Positions 12,819 to 27,001 of a stretch of DNA of 64,000 nucleotides are shown here, in pieces. Source of the DNA: Octopus vulgaris (lineage: Eukaryota); NCBI GenBank assembly GCA_951406725.2, contig OX597830.1, forward strand, positions 79,608,001 through 79,672,000. Reading direction: 5' to 3'. The translations under genes were made by a program, and so were the position numbers. How positions within the stretch are numbered: position 1 is the stretch's first letter; each line of letters opens with the position of its first letter. The notes beneath the pieces were generated by a model. The model was not told the DNA's origin and ran no database searches. It was given only the letters and a program-made list of their open reading frames with translations.

Positions 12819-14368
12819 CTCTCCATAAATATAATTAGGATCATTATTAGCAGATGCTGTGGATTTCCCACTGAGTTCAAAAACCAGTTTTAACTTTTGC
12901 TTAATTCACTTTAATTTGTTCTTTATATAAAAGAGAAACAAATCGGCATCACAAAACCTAACCTCTTTCACTCATAAACATGTGTGTGATTATTAAAATT
13001 ATTTATGCCATTACTGTATTAAGAGTAATAATTGAACAGAAATGATATATTGTTATATCAAACACCAATCAGATTTAACTTTTTTTAGTCTTCTGTTGAT
13101 CTCCATTTTTATGCTTTTCATAAATAATACCGGTGATCTAAGGGAGTAGGATTTGGAAATGTAACAATTTAATATATTCCCAAATTATTATGAGAAAACC
13201 CCTGAGATTTTATTTCTCTGCTTCTATCTCTTCACTTCTTTTCTTAAGTGCTAAGCGTTTAAGAAACAAAGAAAGAAAACGGAAATAAGAAAATCGACTG
13301 TATATAATTCCTAAATGTTTTAAATGAACATAGTCCAACTGGCCTCATGATACTAAGTTATGATGTATTGGGATGCTCAAAGAAAAGCGAAATAATGTTA
13401 TTTCCAGCTACTAGGACACTCAAAAATGAGGTGGAAAATTGAATTATATAGAAATATTTTTTATGTTCTCTCCCTCGTAAGAAAAAATCTTGTAATAATA
13501 AAAAATATAAGCCCTGTGTGGTTCTTACTCTTTAAAGGAAAACCTCACCCTCCCTTCTATTTCTAGCTAACTCACTCACTTTCTCTCTCTCTCTCTCTTA
13601 CTCAAAATCATCTGTAGGTAGCAGCAACAACAGTTACCGGTCACATTTCCCACGTGTGTTTCGAACGATGGTTGAATTCTGAATGCTACACACAAAACAA
13701 ACGGAAAGGTACCATGGCGAGATGAAATATATTGGAAATTAATCCTAAGTCATCCTCACGTGATAAGCAGCGTGGAAATACAAGAGATCCCACGTTTGCA
13801 CCCGAGAGAAACACAGAGGGGTGTGCATGTAGTTTGTAAAGGAAATGGTAATGAAGTCTGTATGAAGAACAATCTAACAAGCACTGGAGGGAGAAAATTA
13901 ACAAGAGAAATAAAACAATATCTTTGAAAAACTACTGGAATGAAATCCTAAACATGTAAGAGACTTTCCCTCATTCTATCACTGTCTCTCGCCTTCTGCA
14001 TCTCTAATCCACTGTTAAAAGTAAAGAAAATAGAAAACCTTACTCTCTCCCTATTTCTTAGTAAACTTTCTTTCTCAACTTCTCTTATTCCGAAAGCAAC
14101 TGTAGGTGGCAGCACCAACAGTCGCCAGTCAAATTTCACATAAGAAAAAATTACTTATATGGAAATCAACAATTAAGAGATTCTTTTAGTTACCTCTCCC
14201 GCCCATTGCTTTTAGATATCCACATCTCTAAGCGATGTTTTTGTATACTAATTACTGGAAGAATCTCAACTGATAAAAATGTTTCAATTTACAACATTAC
14301 CATAACTGAAATCCTAATATATGTGTACTTATACATTATAAAATTTAGGGGCATATTTCTTGAATTAC

Positions 14369-14406
14369 CTTAGTTTAATGTTTTTCTTTATCCATTTCTG
14401 AGATGT
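14369..14406 (-). CDS. TRPM: TRPM-family channel exon (WI..NI motif)
   Basis: cag|TSQKWIKKNIKL AG|gtaat resembles the TRPM N-terminal WIxxNIKKRE; 38 nt, phase 0 to 2, compatible with exon 9206-9290. Confidence 0.82.
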
Positions 14407-14998
14407 CTGAAAATAAAAGAAAATAATATGAATATTTGCAGGAATGATGAGATTTCAGCATCTGACATTAATAACACAGAGTTTCAAATTCTATAACAAA
14501 TTATACAGAGAAGACATAACTGAACAGAAATACTATAATAAATAAGTATAACTACAATTATCTGGAAGAGATAATCCAATCCATATTAACACAAGTACAC
14601 ATGAATTTGTTTTCTATTGATTTATAGTTTTTAGCATGGTACACTGGTTTTGACATGGGATTGGAATGAATCAAATCTTCCGGATAGAAACAGAGCCACA
14701 TGATGATAAGAGAATTTTATTTCACCAATTTAAACATCTGTCAGGCTGAGAAAGTTATACAATACACCTAATGCATAGTTAAAAAATAGAGACTAAAATG
14801 AAAGGAAGAAAAGAACAGATGCTAAAGATAAATGATCTTGTTGTTTAATATATTTAATATTTTTGTAGCCTCCATCAATTGAAAGATCTATTGATTGGTG
14901 AAACCTTCAAGATAAATTCCACCGTCAACGTTGGTATCCTATTAAAAACAAATTTCCAAAAGCACGCAGTAGTATGTTTCTTATCGCACTCACAGTTG

Positions 14999-16581
14999 CA
15001 CTGCCCTTCAGAATTGTTAGAGAAGTCGTCGGATGTGGTTGTGCTGTGCAAGTTTATATACGGAGGTAAAAGATAAATGATTTTCCTAGTCAAACACTTT
15101 TTAAACTTATAATAAATATTCATTGAGCAAGCTGTTGATATGCATATGAGGCATTTTATATTAATTTTATTTTTCTACTGAATGATATAAACACTTCTGC
15201 TAATGATAAATTTATGAACGAATTTTCTGTTTAGCTGCTTATTGTTTGTCGTCTTCTTTAAAATGCCTCGCACTTGTGTGAATAAGGCAGACAACTTCTG
15301 CAACATTTGTGGTGAGGTGACCTTTGCATCGCAGAAGCGCCGTATCACATCTCATAACACAACGGGAATTCCATGGCCTTGACAAGGATCTATGACTACC
15401 TCAGAATAGGACAGAGCAGCTAGGCTCTCGTCTTCAACAGTGAAATCTCCGAATAGCTGATGTAAACTTTCAAAATTTCATGACCGTCAGCAACAGTTCA
15501 GCAATTTTTTCATAATGAAAGGTGATTTATTGGCCTGAAAAAATATTAATGGTCTGATGGAAGCACTTGATATTGAATACGAACCCAGTCACTGAAGGCT
15601 GTTCATGGATTCATGAAAAATTTGCCTGAAAGCTCTCTTGTTGCATAATGGCAATAGTGAAGCTTCAGTTCATGTGGGCTATGAATCATATATGAAAAAA
15701 ACATATGAGAATATAAAGCTTATGCTGCAATGCATAAAATATAGTGAACATCAATGGCAGCTCTGTGATGACTTAAAGGTTGTTGCTTTTGTGATGGGCT
15801 CTCAGAACGGATACACCAAGTTCTGTTACTTTCTGTGTGAATGGGATAGCTGTGCAAGAGGTTCGCACTGTATCAGGAGAGACTGGTCACCTCGTCAAGC
15901 GTTGAAACTTGGGATGAAAAATGTTCAACTTCCACCTCTCACTGAGCCAAGCAAAATTTTTCTCCCATCACTAGACATAAAAGTGGGGCTCATGAAAATA
16001 TTTGTAAAAGCTATGGACAAATCTGGTCAAGGATTCAAGTATTTAACATCAGAATTCCCACCCCCACTGAGCAATGCTATGATAAAGAGGGAGTCTTCAT
16101 TGGTCCTCAGAGCTGAGAGCTTCTTAAAGAACTAATGGAAAACCTCGCCAAGGCTTACAAGAATATGAGATGTAACATGTCATGTTAAATCCACGTTTGG
16201 AGACACATTTAGACGTTTTTCTAGCGAGCTGTGGGGCTGTTAGTGACGAACATGGTTGACGGTTTTACCAAGATATTTCAACTATGGACACAGCGGTACC
16301 AGGGCAAATGGAGCAAAACGATGCTTGCTGGACATTATTCTTCAGCCCTCTATAAGCGTCAAGCAAAAAGGCAGGGAGTAGATACGGACTAGAGCATTAA
16401 CCATAATGACAAAAACTGTACGTTATAATAAAATAATCAAATATTATATGTCGTGTGTCTTTCAACCTATAGTTAATAAGCATTTTTCAATGTGATATTT
16501 GGATTCAGGACATGAAAATACATAAGAATTAACTAATCTTATTTAAGAAGCACACGACTTTTCAAAAGATGACGACCAGTG
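14999..16581 (+). mobile_element. Chapaev3-like (CMC) DNA transposon, degenerate
   Basis: CVNKADNFCNICGE, LLHNGN, GYTKFCYFLCEWDS and AVSDEHG..FYQDI..RYQGKW motifs; termini CACTG...CAGTG with imperfect TIRs and ttg/tta flanks. Confidence 0.75.
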
Positions 16582-16590
16582 TTAATAGCT

Positions 16591-16674
<84 letters not shown>

Positions 16675-17837
16675 CGCGCGCGTGCGTGTGAGTGTGTGTG
16701 TGTGCGTGCGTAAGGCTTATCTCAGGATTTTGAACTTCAGAGATGTGATTAAAAGCTTGGACACCATGGAAGAAATTATAGAGAACCAGTATCACTGGTG
16801 ATATGCAGTTCTCCAAAAGACATACCACCTCAGTGGAACGGTGCTCTTGTAAAGTTGTGTATGTATATTTATGTTTAACTCGGACCTTCACCCAATTTCA
16901 ATTCTCTTCGAGCATCCACCACCTCCATCAACTCCCTAACACCAGTTCTTACTTGATACCACTTTTCTTTCTCTCCAGAATAAATTCACTATTTATCCAT
17001 CCTTCATCATTTAATATTGTTCTTTCCACCCACACTTTCATTCATCACTCCCACCCACCCCACTATGCCATCAAATTATCTCGCCGCCGCCGCCACCACT
17101 ACACCTGTCACCCTCTCCTTTCTCTTCGCCGCTCATTCCTCAGTCTACTCAACAGCATGTCATCTCTCTTGTCTTTTTTACTGTGCCATCTTTGTTTTTC
17201 CTGTTGTTCTGTATTATAAGATAGCTCCTGCTCCCCACGAATTTCTACCAATCTTTTAGCTTCAATGTCCTTTTTGGCACCTCGTAACCCCTATCGTCCA
17301 TCATTTTCCTTCTCCACTCGTTCATCTCTCTCCTGTGTAACAACGAACTTGTTCTGTTCAAACCCTTTTCGCTCATACTTTACTGCTTTCTACTCCTAAT
17401 TCTGCATAAAATTGTCCTACCTCGGGATGCATAGTCGTTCCAGCTACATGATGACCTTTCTAGTGTCCCGCCGTACTAAAATGAAGACTACTACACTGGC
17501 CATAATAATACAAAAAAAAATAGAAGGCTTCTCTAAATATATGGAATATAGTTTCTGGAACTACCAGTAAGAGATACAGTAGACAACTCTACTTATTGGG
17601 AAAATAGTAGCTGGCTCTACCAGAATGAAGAATAATAGTTTGGCCCTCCAGTATAAAAGATTGCACCAATGTGAGAAAATATATAAAGATATTCATAAAA
17701 ATGATATACAGTATTCTTTTTACACATATCCATTGTCACAAGAACTAATGCAAGAGGGCATTAGTTCTTGTGACAAAAGCATCTATATTCTCAGAAGATA
17801 ACATAGGCATCAACAATGCAAACCTGACTGGAGTACA

Positions 17838-17963
<126 letters not shown>

Positions 17964-17982
17964 ATATATATATATATATATA

Positions 17983-18053
<71 letters not shown>

Positions 18054-18101
18054 ATATATATATATATACATATATATATATACATATATATATTATTATA
18101 C

Positions 18102-18146
<45 letters not shown>

Positions 18147-18225
18147 TATATACATACATATATATATATGCATACATATATATATATATACATATATATA
18201 TATATGTTTATATATATATACATAC

Positions 18226-18310
<85 letters not shown>

Positions 18311-18816
18311 TGTGTGTGGATATGTGTGTGTATGCGTGTATGCGTGTATGTGTGTGTATGTGTGTATATATATTTTTCTGTGTGTATATGTATGTGTGGT
18401 CGTGTGTGTATATATACATGTGTGTATACGTGTATGCATGTGAGTGTGTGTATGTATACATATATGTGTATGTGTAGATATGTATATGTATGTGTAAGTG
18501 TATATATATGTATATATGTGTGTGTGTATGTATGTGTGTATGTATATGTATATATGTTTGTATGTGTGTGTATATATGTATACATATGTGCATAGGCATA
18601 AGTGAGAATCTCCTTATTTACCTAAAACTCTATTCCCTTTTTTTATATATATATTTTTTTATTTTTTTATTTATTCTTCTATCTAACTTAACACTGACTC
18701 CTTGACCACTCCCCCAAGTATGATATTTTGCGCTATGCCTACCCCCAAAAAGTCCCCCACCAACACCCCTTTAAACCTGCCTAAATGTATAAATGCCAAT
18801 ACAATTCTTGTTAACT

Positions 18817-18867
18817 AGCTTCCTGAAGATTTCTCTTGAATGAAACAGTTCTAGTCCTGTAGAAGCT
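18817..18867 (+). ncRNA. Type I hammerhead ribozyme motif
   Basis: AGCTTC-CTGAAGA-T TTC TCTT GAA T-GAA-ACAG(ttctagtc)CTGT-A-GAAGCT: stems I, II and III plus conserved core and GUA triplet. Confidence 0.7.
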
Positions 18868-18953
18868 CCTTCTATATAATAAATTAATTTTACTCTGCTA
18901 TGTATTGAGTACCTTATTTACTGTGGTTAACCCCGAATCAACCCGGGACCTAC

Positions 18954-19044
<91 letters not shown>

Positions 19045-19069
19045 CATATATATATACATATATATATAC

Positions 19070-19120
<51 letters not shown>

Positions 19121-19297
19121 CATATATATATATATACATATATATATATACATATATATATACATATATATATATATACATATATATATATACATATATA
19201 TATATATACATATATATATACATATATATATATATACATATATATATATACATATATATATATATACATATATACATATATATACATATATATATAC

Positions 19298-19377
<80 letters not shown>

Positions 19378-19407
19378 TATATATATATGCATATATATAT
19401 ATATATA

Positions 19408-22400
19408 CAAGACCACCACAGCAAACAGACCCAGGATGGACACCGCCGGCAAAAACGTACACCTCACCTCGATGCTCCTACTGAACATCAGAGGGCTGCA
19501 AACACTCAGTAACAGGACAAAAATCCCGTTCCTGAGAGACTTTGTTACATGCAATCAAGCCTTATGCATAGCACTTACGGAAACGCACCTGAAACCGGAC
19601 ATAGCAGATGCGGAGTTACACATACCACAGTATGCTGTACTACGGACCGACAGAAAAGAAAGGAGTCATGGAGGTGTTGCTATGTACATCCGTGAGGACC
19701 TCACACCCCAGGTCCTCTTGTCATACTCAAACTCGGTGTGTGACACACTAATTGTACATGTTAGGCAACTTGATGTAGTTGTGTGTGCTACATATCGCCT
19801 TCCAGATGCCCCAAGCCATGTGGGCAAGTTTGAAGACTGCCTTATAAAAATAGAAGAAGTTCTAACCACATTAGAACAACACATAAGTGTACTTCTTATG
19901 GGAGTGTACTTCAATCTGCCCAATGTCAGATGGCCCGAGGGCCTTTCTCTCCCAGGAATGACAAGATGTGAACGAGGACAGGCGAGGTCCCTCCTGAGCC
20001 TCATCAACACCCTGTACATGGAGCAGGTAATACTCCAACCAACCAGGGCAGGTAACACACTGGATCTCTGCTTCACAAATGACATGGATCTCATCCATAA
20101 TGTGAAAGTGACACCGACACTACTCTCGGATCACAACATGATAGAGCTGACCATGTACGGGCCAAAAGAGAGCACGGACATGCAGCCTACAAGAAACCCT
20201 CAGAATCTTTCCAGCTTGAACTTCCATAAGGCAAACTGGAAACAAATTGAGAAAGAGATCCTCAAACAAAACTGGCCTAAATGTCTCTCCTCGCCAGACA
20301 TCGACGTGAAACTTCAACAATTCATGTCTGTAATGCAAGCCATATGCTACAAATGTGTCTCAGAGAGAAAGGCCACTGTACACAAGAACAAAATCCCCAG
20401 AGAGAGGAAAATTTTAATGAGACGGCGTACAAAATTTTCAAATCGCCTAAACAAACAGATTGAAAGCAGTGAAAAGTCCCGCCTAAAAATAAAACTGTTG
20501 GAAATCGAATAATGTCTGCAACTCTCCCATGAAAAAGAAAGAGCAGACAAAGAAGCCTGGGCTATAGACAACATAAAATCTAACCCCAGAGCTTTCTACA
20601 GGGATGCCAAAGAAACAGCTACGGTGCACTGTAGAATGGGGCCACTCCTCGAAAAGGATGGCACACTTACAGGAAAACCAATGAGGGTAAGTGAAATACT
20701 GAATGAGCAATTCAAGAGTGTTTTCACTCCACCCCTTGGGCATCTCCAAATCACCAATCCAACTGACTTTTTTACCACTGCAGATATAAAATCAGAGGCG
20801 GCGACGATAGATTACATCGATATAAAGGAAGACGATGTAATCAAGGCTATAGATGAAATGAAAACAGACTCAGCTACTGGCCCCGATGGATTCCCGGCAA
20901 TCCTCCTAAAAGCATGTAAGAGAGTCCTAGCAAGACCACTGCAGTTCCTCTTTCAGAGCTTCCTTGCAGCTGGCAAACTTCCAAGAAAACTGAAGGAAGG
21001 TAAAATATGCTCCATTCATAAAGGAGGTAGCAGAGCGGAAGCCAAGAACTACAGACCTATCTCTCTGACCTCACACATCAGCAAGGTCATGGAACGAATA
21101 GTCAGAAGGAAGCTGATCACCTTCCTTGAAGAGAATGACTTGCTGCCCGACACCCAACATGGTTTCCGACCAGGGAGAAGCTGTTTAACTCAGCTCCTAC
21201 AACACTATGACTGGGTGCTGAAACGGCTGCTCAACCACTCAAATGTGGAAGTGATATATCTCGACTTTGCAAAGGCCTTTGATAAAGTCGATCATGGAAT
21301 GATATGTCACAAACTGCGTGATCTCAACATAGTTGGAAAACTGGGAGAATGGCTTCATGACTTTCTAAAAGATAGAAGTCAGGTGGTAGTAGTAACACGC
21401 AAATAGTGAGCGGTGTTCCGCAGGGCACTGTTCTGGGACTACTACTGTTCATAATGGCCCTCTCAGACATGTCCTCAGCCACGCAGAGAGCTACGATCAC
21501 AAGTTATGCAGATGATACAAAAGTTTCACAGGCAATACAGAACCCTGAGGACACTAAACACCTGCAATGTGAGCTGGACAAAATATACAAGTGGGCTGAA
21601 AAGAATAGCATGCAGTTCAATGCTGAAAAGTTTCAAGCTCTATACTATCAGCATGCAAAACTAAATGCAATACCCAATGAATACACTGGACCCGGAGGAA
21701 TAGCAATCCCAGAGGCACAATCAGTGCGTGACCTAGGTATTTACATGAGTGATGACGCGACCTTTCGTGTACATGTTGCTAAATTGGCAATGAAATGTAG
21801 ACGACTGGCCGGATGGATCCTCAGAACCTTTAGAACAAGAGAACAAGAAACCATGATGGTCCTCTGGAGGACACTTGTCCTAAGCCACTTTGACTACTGC
21901 TCTCAGTTATGGTCACCATCCAGTGTCAAGTTGATCACAGAGCTCGAGGCGATCCAACGTAGCTACACGAAGAAGATAGCCTCTATGCAGAATGTAAGCT
22001 ACTGGGAAAGACTCAAGAGATTAAGACTATAATCCCTGGAGCGTAGGCGGGAAAGATATGCCTTAATATACATCTGGAAGATCCTGGAGGGACGTGTCCT
22101 AAACTTTGGCATCAAGAGTTACGCAAATGCCAGAACTGGGCGTCACTGCGTGGTGCCTAGGACTCCAAACTTGCCATCAAGATGTAGGACAAGATTCTGT
22201 GATAGCTTGGACTTCCGAGGCCCACAGCTCTTCAATATCCTCCCGAAGAACCTAAGAGGCCTGCATGGGGTGGATGCAGATGTCTTTAAAATGAAACTGG
22301 ATCTCTTCCTGTCAGGTGTCCCAGATGAACCAACTTCACGGCAGGAGGTGCAGATGAGGGCAGCTGCATCGAACTCTCTCATGCACCAAATGGCAGTTGC

Positions 22401-22508
22401 TAAAAAGCTTTCGTGAAGTAAAACCAAGTAGCAACACCAAATGGCGGTGCCCCAGCATGGCCACAGCTCATAAGCTGAAACTAGAATCAATCAATCAATC
22501 AATCAATC
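19408..22508 (+). mobile_element. CR1-clade LINE, near-complete ORF2 (APE endonuclease + RT) with (AATC)n tail; disrupted
   Basis: EN motifs NIRGL, LTETHL, GGVAMY, LDLCFTN, SDHN; RT motifs NYRPISLTS, QHGF, YLDFAKAFDKVDH, SGVPQG, YADD; stops near 20510 and 22030, frameshift near 21400; flanked by (TA)n. Confidence 0.92.
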
Positions 22509-22512
22509 ATAC

Positions 22513-22543
<31 letters not shown>

Positions 22544-22548
22544 CATAC

Positions 22549-22669
<121 letters not shown>

Positions 22670-22678
22670 CATATATAC

Positions 22679-22709
<31 letters not shown>

Positions 22710-22723
22710 CATATATATATATC

Positions 22724-22774
<51 letters not shown>

Positions 22775-22900
22775 TTAATTAATAAGGGTGAGAGAATTAG
22801 ATACTAATTTAATAGTATATCTATTCAACACCAAGTGGCCTAGTGCTACGAGAAACCTGGATTATTATAATATTTTATAACATATTATAATATTTTTTAC

Positions 22901-23195
22901 AAAATAAATATAAGAGAGTGGTCACTATATGGCTCACTCTAGCACCAGTTAATCCAAAAGGTTTCAACCACGAAAATACATGTTTCCCATGAAAGTCAGT
23001 ACGATTGTTAGCTCACACGGACAGGGCAAATAAAAAATAAAAAATAACAAAAATGTTATTTTTTATTTGCCCTGTCCGTGTGAGCTAACAATCGTACTGA
23101 CTTTCATGGGAAACATGTATTTTCGTGGTTGAAACCTTTTGGATTAACTGGTGCTAGAGTGAGCCATATAGTGACCACTCTCTTATATTTATTTT
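22901..23195. repeat. About 140-bp perfect inverted repeat (palindrome)
   Basis: 22901-23040 is the reverse complement of 23056-23195. Confidence 0.9.
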
Positions 23196-23363
23196 ATATA
23201 TACATATATATATATATATATCTATATACATATATATATATCTATATATATACATATATATATATATATACATATATATATACATAGATATATATACATA
23301 TATATACATATATATATATATACATATATATATGTATAGTTAAATATATATATATATACACAC

Positions 23364-23398
<35 letters not shown>

Positions 23399-23549
23399 CA
23401 TACATATATATATACATACATATATATATATATATATATACATACATATATATATACATACATATATATATATATAGATACATATATATATATATACATA
23501 CATATATATATATACATACATATATATATATATACATACATATATATAT

Positions 23550-23596
<47 letters not shown>

Positions 23597-23649
23597 CATA
23601 TATATATACATACATACATATATATATAGATACATATATATATACATAC

Positions 23650-23682
<33 letters not shown>

Positions 23683-23689
23683 CATACAT

Positions 23690-25972
23690 ATAAGAAAAAG
23701 GTTTGAAAATGCAATTTAAACGATGTTTATTTACTTAACCGGTTTCACTCTTTGGTAAAAGATCGTCAAAAGTAACATTGAATAATATGGGTTCAAAAAA
23801 GTTTTTTACATAATTGTCACATTGAATATTATGAATTCAAAAATGTTTTTTTATACATAATTGTCACATTACATGTATGAATATAGTGTTTGGAAACAGA
23901 GAAGTTCAATAGTGTGATGAGAATATTTGGAAAATTGGCAGAAAAGAATAAAACAAATATATTATTGGAAATTTGGTTGCGTTTATTATTGGTTGTCGCA
24001 AATTGTCACATTACATGTATATATATACAGTCTTTGGTATATATATACAGTCTTTTGACAGCAAAAATTAAAATGGATTTTTTATACATCTCAGAATATT
24101 TTGAGTTGAAGGCGAGAATATGTTTTTACTGACCTGTTTGTTTTAGCAGAAAAGTTGAATTGAGAGAAAAAAAGATGTGTACCCAGTTTGGTTTATACTT
24201 CCCTTCAAGCATCAATGATTTTGGGGTTATCGGGAGGTTAGTATGCGGGTGTGAATAGATGTGTCCGTGTGCCTGCTGGTCAGACAGCGTCTGTTTGTCA
24301 CACACATATATACACACACACACAACAACACACACACACACACACATAGTATACAAACACACACCACATACAGACAACATACACACACACAGAACAGACA
24401 CACACACAACGCACCCACATATATAATATATACACACAGCACACAAATATAACATGTATTTATATATAATATACACACATATATAACACACATACACACA
24501 CAACACACACACACACACAACACGCACACATACATACATAATATAAATATCACACAAATACACCTAGCATATATATACACATACAATACACATACACAGC
24601 ATTATATAATACACATACACAATATATGCATGCAATATACATATGCAATACATACATATAATATATATATATATAGACAATGCATATACATATATTCCTT
24701 TATACGTATATACATATAAATAGTGTTTACATACACATACATAGATATACCACATATACCCACACTATACATACATACAATGCATACACATACATGCACG
24801 CATACATATAATATATATATACACACACACACATAACATACATACACAATGCATACATATATATACACGCAATGCATATACATGTATTCATGCATATATA
24901 GCACACCTACAATATACATATATACAATGCATACATACACACACATATATATACATATATATATATATATACATACATACATACATGCACATATATATAT
25001 TTTTTCACACATATACACACACATATATATATAAAATTCACACACACACCCACACACACAAAATACAAACCTATAGCGAACACACTCAAATATATCTCTA
25101 CATACCGCACACACACACAAACAATGTACTCACATATACACACATACCATGCATATACACACACAACACACACACACAGATATATATATATATATATATA
25201 AACAAATACACATGTAAATACATACACACTCACGCACACAGTGCACACACACACACACATATATACACACGTGCACACACACACAACGCGCGCACACACA
25301 CACACATACACACAGACACACACACACATATATATACACACGCGCACACACACACACAACGTGCACACACACACACACACACACAACACTCACACACATA
25401 CATAACCTACATATATATGATGCATGCGTGTGCGTGCCACGTATGTGTGCGGTCAAAGCCCGCTAGTGTGTCCTGTGCGTGCCGATGCGCGCATGTGCCC
25501 GCCCGCACGATATGCTGTGAGTGTGCGCGTGTCCCTGTGTGCTTGCTCTGGATGTGTTTCCAGGGGGTATGTTAGAGTATGTTTAGTTGTGGTCTGTATT
25601 TTTGAATAAGATTACTTTCCTTATTTATTCGTGTTTGGTCTGTGGTGTTGTCCGAGCATTGGTATAGTGGGAAGACTAAGAATTTGGGGGACTTATTGTG
25701 TGCACAAAGGTCTAAGTGTCCACTTAGTGGTATCTGTCTTGTGGAGGGGTCCCTCAGTTGTTGTTGGTGAACTGTCATTCTTTCTCTGAGGGTAAGGCTC
25801 GTTTGCCCTATGTAGTCTTCGTGGCATCCTTCACACCTTATGACGTAGAGTAAATTTTTTGATGCGCACGTGAAATTATTTTTTATGATGAATGTGTGTC
25901 CCGAGTGGAACTTGTACGACGATCCCTCAATGAGGTGGATGCAGGTCTTGCAGTTCGGGCGACCACATTTTT
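23690..25972 (-). repeat. Inverted 3'-terminal copy of the PLE (GIY-YIG end + pseudo-LTR)
   Basis: Reverse complement of about 30217-32585; ORF 25572..25778(-) repeats the EN C-terminus. Confidence 0.93.
23731..23775 (-). ncRNA. Minimal hammerhead-like ribozyme (PLE pLTR, inverted copy)
   Basis: Reverse complement of the 32499-32543 motif. Confidence 0.6.
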
Positions 25973-26842
25973 GTGCATTGTATGTGTATATATATGCTAG
26001 GTGTATTTGTGTGATATTTATATTATGTATGTATGTGTGCGTGTGTTGTGTGTGTGTGTGTGTGTGTTGTGTGTGTATGTGTGTTATATATGTGTGTATA
26101 TTATATATAAATACATGTTATATTTGTGTGCTGTGTGTATATATTATATATGTGGGTGCGTTGTGTGTGTGTGTTCTGTGTGTGTGTGTGTTGTCTGTAT
26201 GTGGTGTGTGTTTGTATACTATGTGTGTGTGTGTGTGTGTGTTGTTGTGTGTGTGTGTGTATATATGTGTGTGACAAACAGACGCTGTCTGACCAGCAGG
26301 CACACGGACACATCTATTCACACCCGCATACTAACCTCCCGATAACCCCAAAATCATTGATGCTTGAAGGGGAAGTATAAACCAAACTGGGTACACATCT
26401 TTTTTTCTCTCAATTCAACTTTTCTTCTAAAACAAACAGGTCAGTAAAAACATATTCTCGCCTTCAACTCAAAATATTCTGAGATGTATAAAAAATCCAT
26501 TTTAATTTTTGCTGTCAAAAGACTGTATATATATACCAAAGACTGTATATATATACATGTAATGTGACAATTTGCGACAAACAATAATTAACGCAACCAA
26601 ATTTCCAATAATATATTTGTTTTATTCTTTTCTGCCAATTTTTCCAAATATTCTCATCACACTATTGAACTTCTCTGTTACCAAACACTATATTTATACA
26701 TGTAATGTGACAATTATGTATAAAAAAACATTTTTGAATTCATAATATTCAATGTGACAATTATGTAAAAAACTTTTTTGAATTCATAATATTCAATGTG
26801 ACAATTATGTAAAAAACTTTTTTGAACCCATATTATTCAATG

Positions 26843-26887
26843 TTACTTTTGACGATATTTTACCAAAGAGTGAAACCGGTTAAGTAA
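26843..26887 (+). ncRNA. Minimal hammerhead-like ribozyme (5' pLTR)
   Basis: TTACTT-TTGACGA-stem II-GAAA-CCGG-TT-AAGTAA; one stem II substitution relative to the other two copies. Confidence 0.55.
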
Positions 26888-27001
26888 ATAAACATCGTTT
26901 AAATTGCATTTTCAAACCTTTTTTCTTATATAATCCCACTCGTGCGATACCCCACAACTCAACTTTTTTATATATATATAAACATCACACGAGTCCCGAA
27001 A

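Noticed and set aside
14194-14227. Possible TRPM exon encoding RCGYLKAMGGR
   Set aside because: Poor acceptor, and its phases are incompatible with the neighbouring exons.
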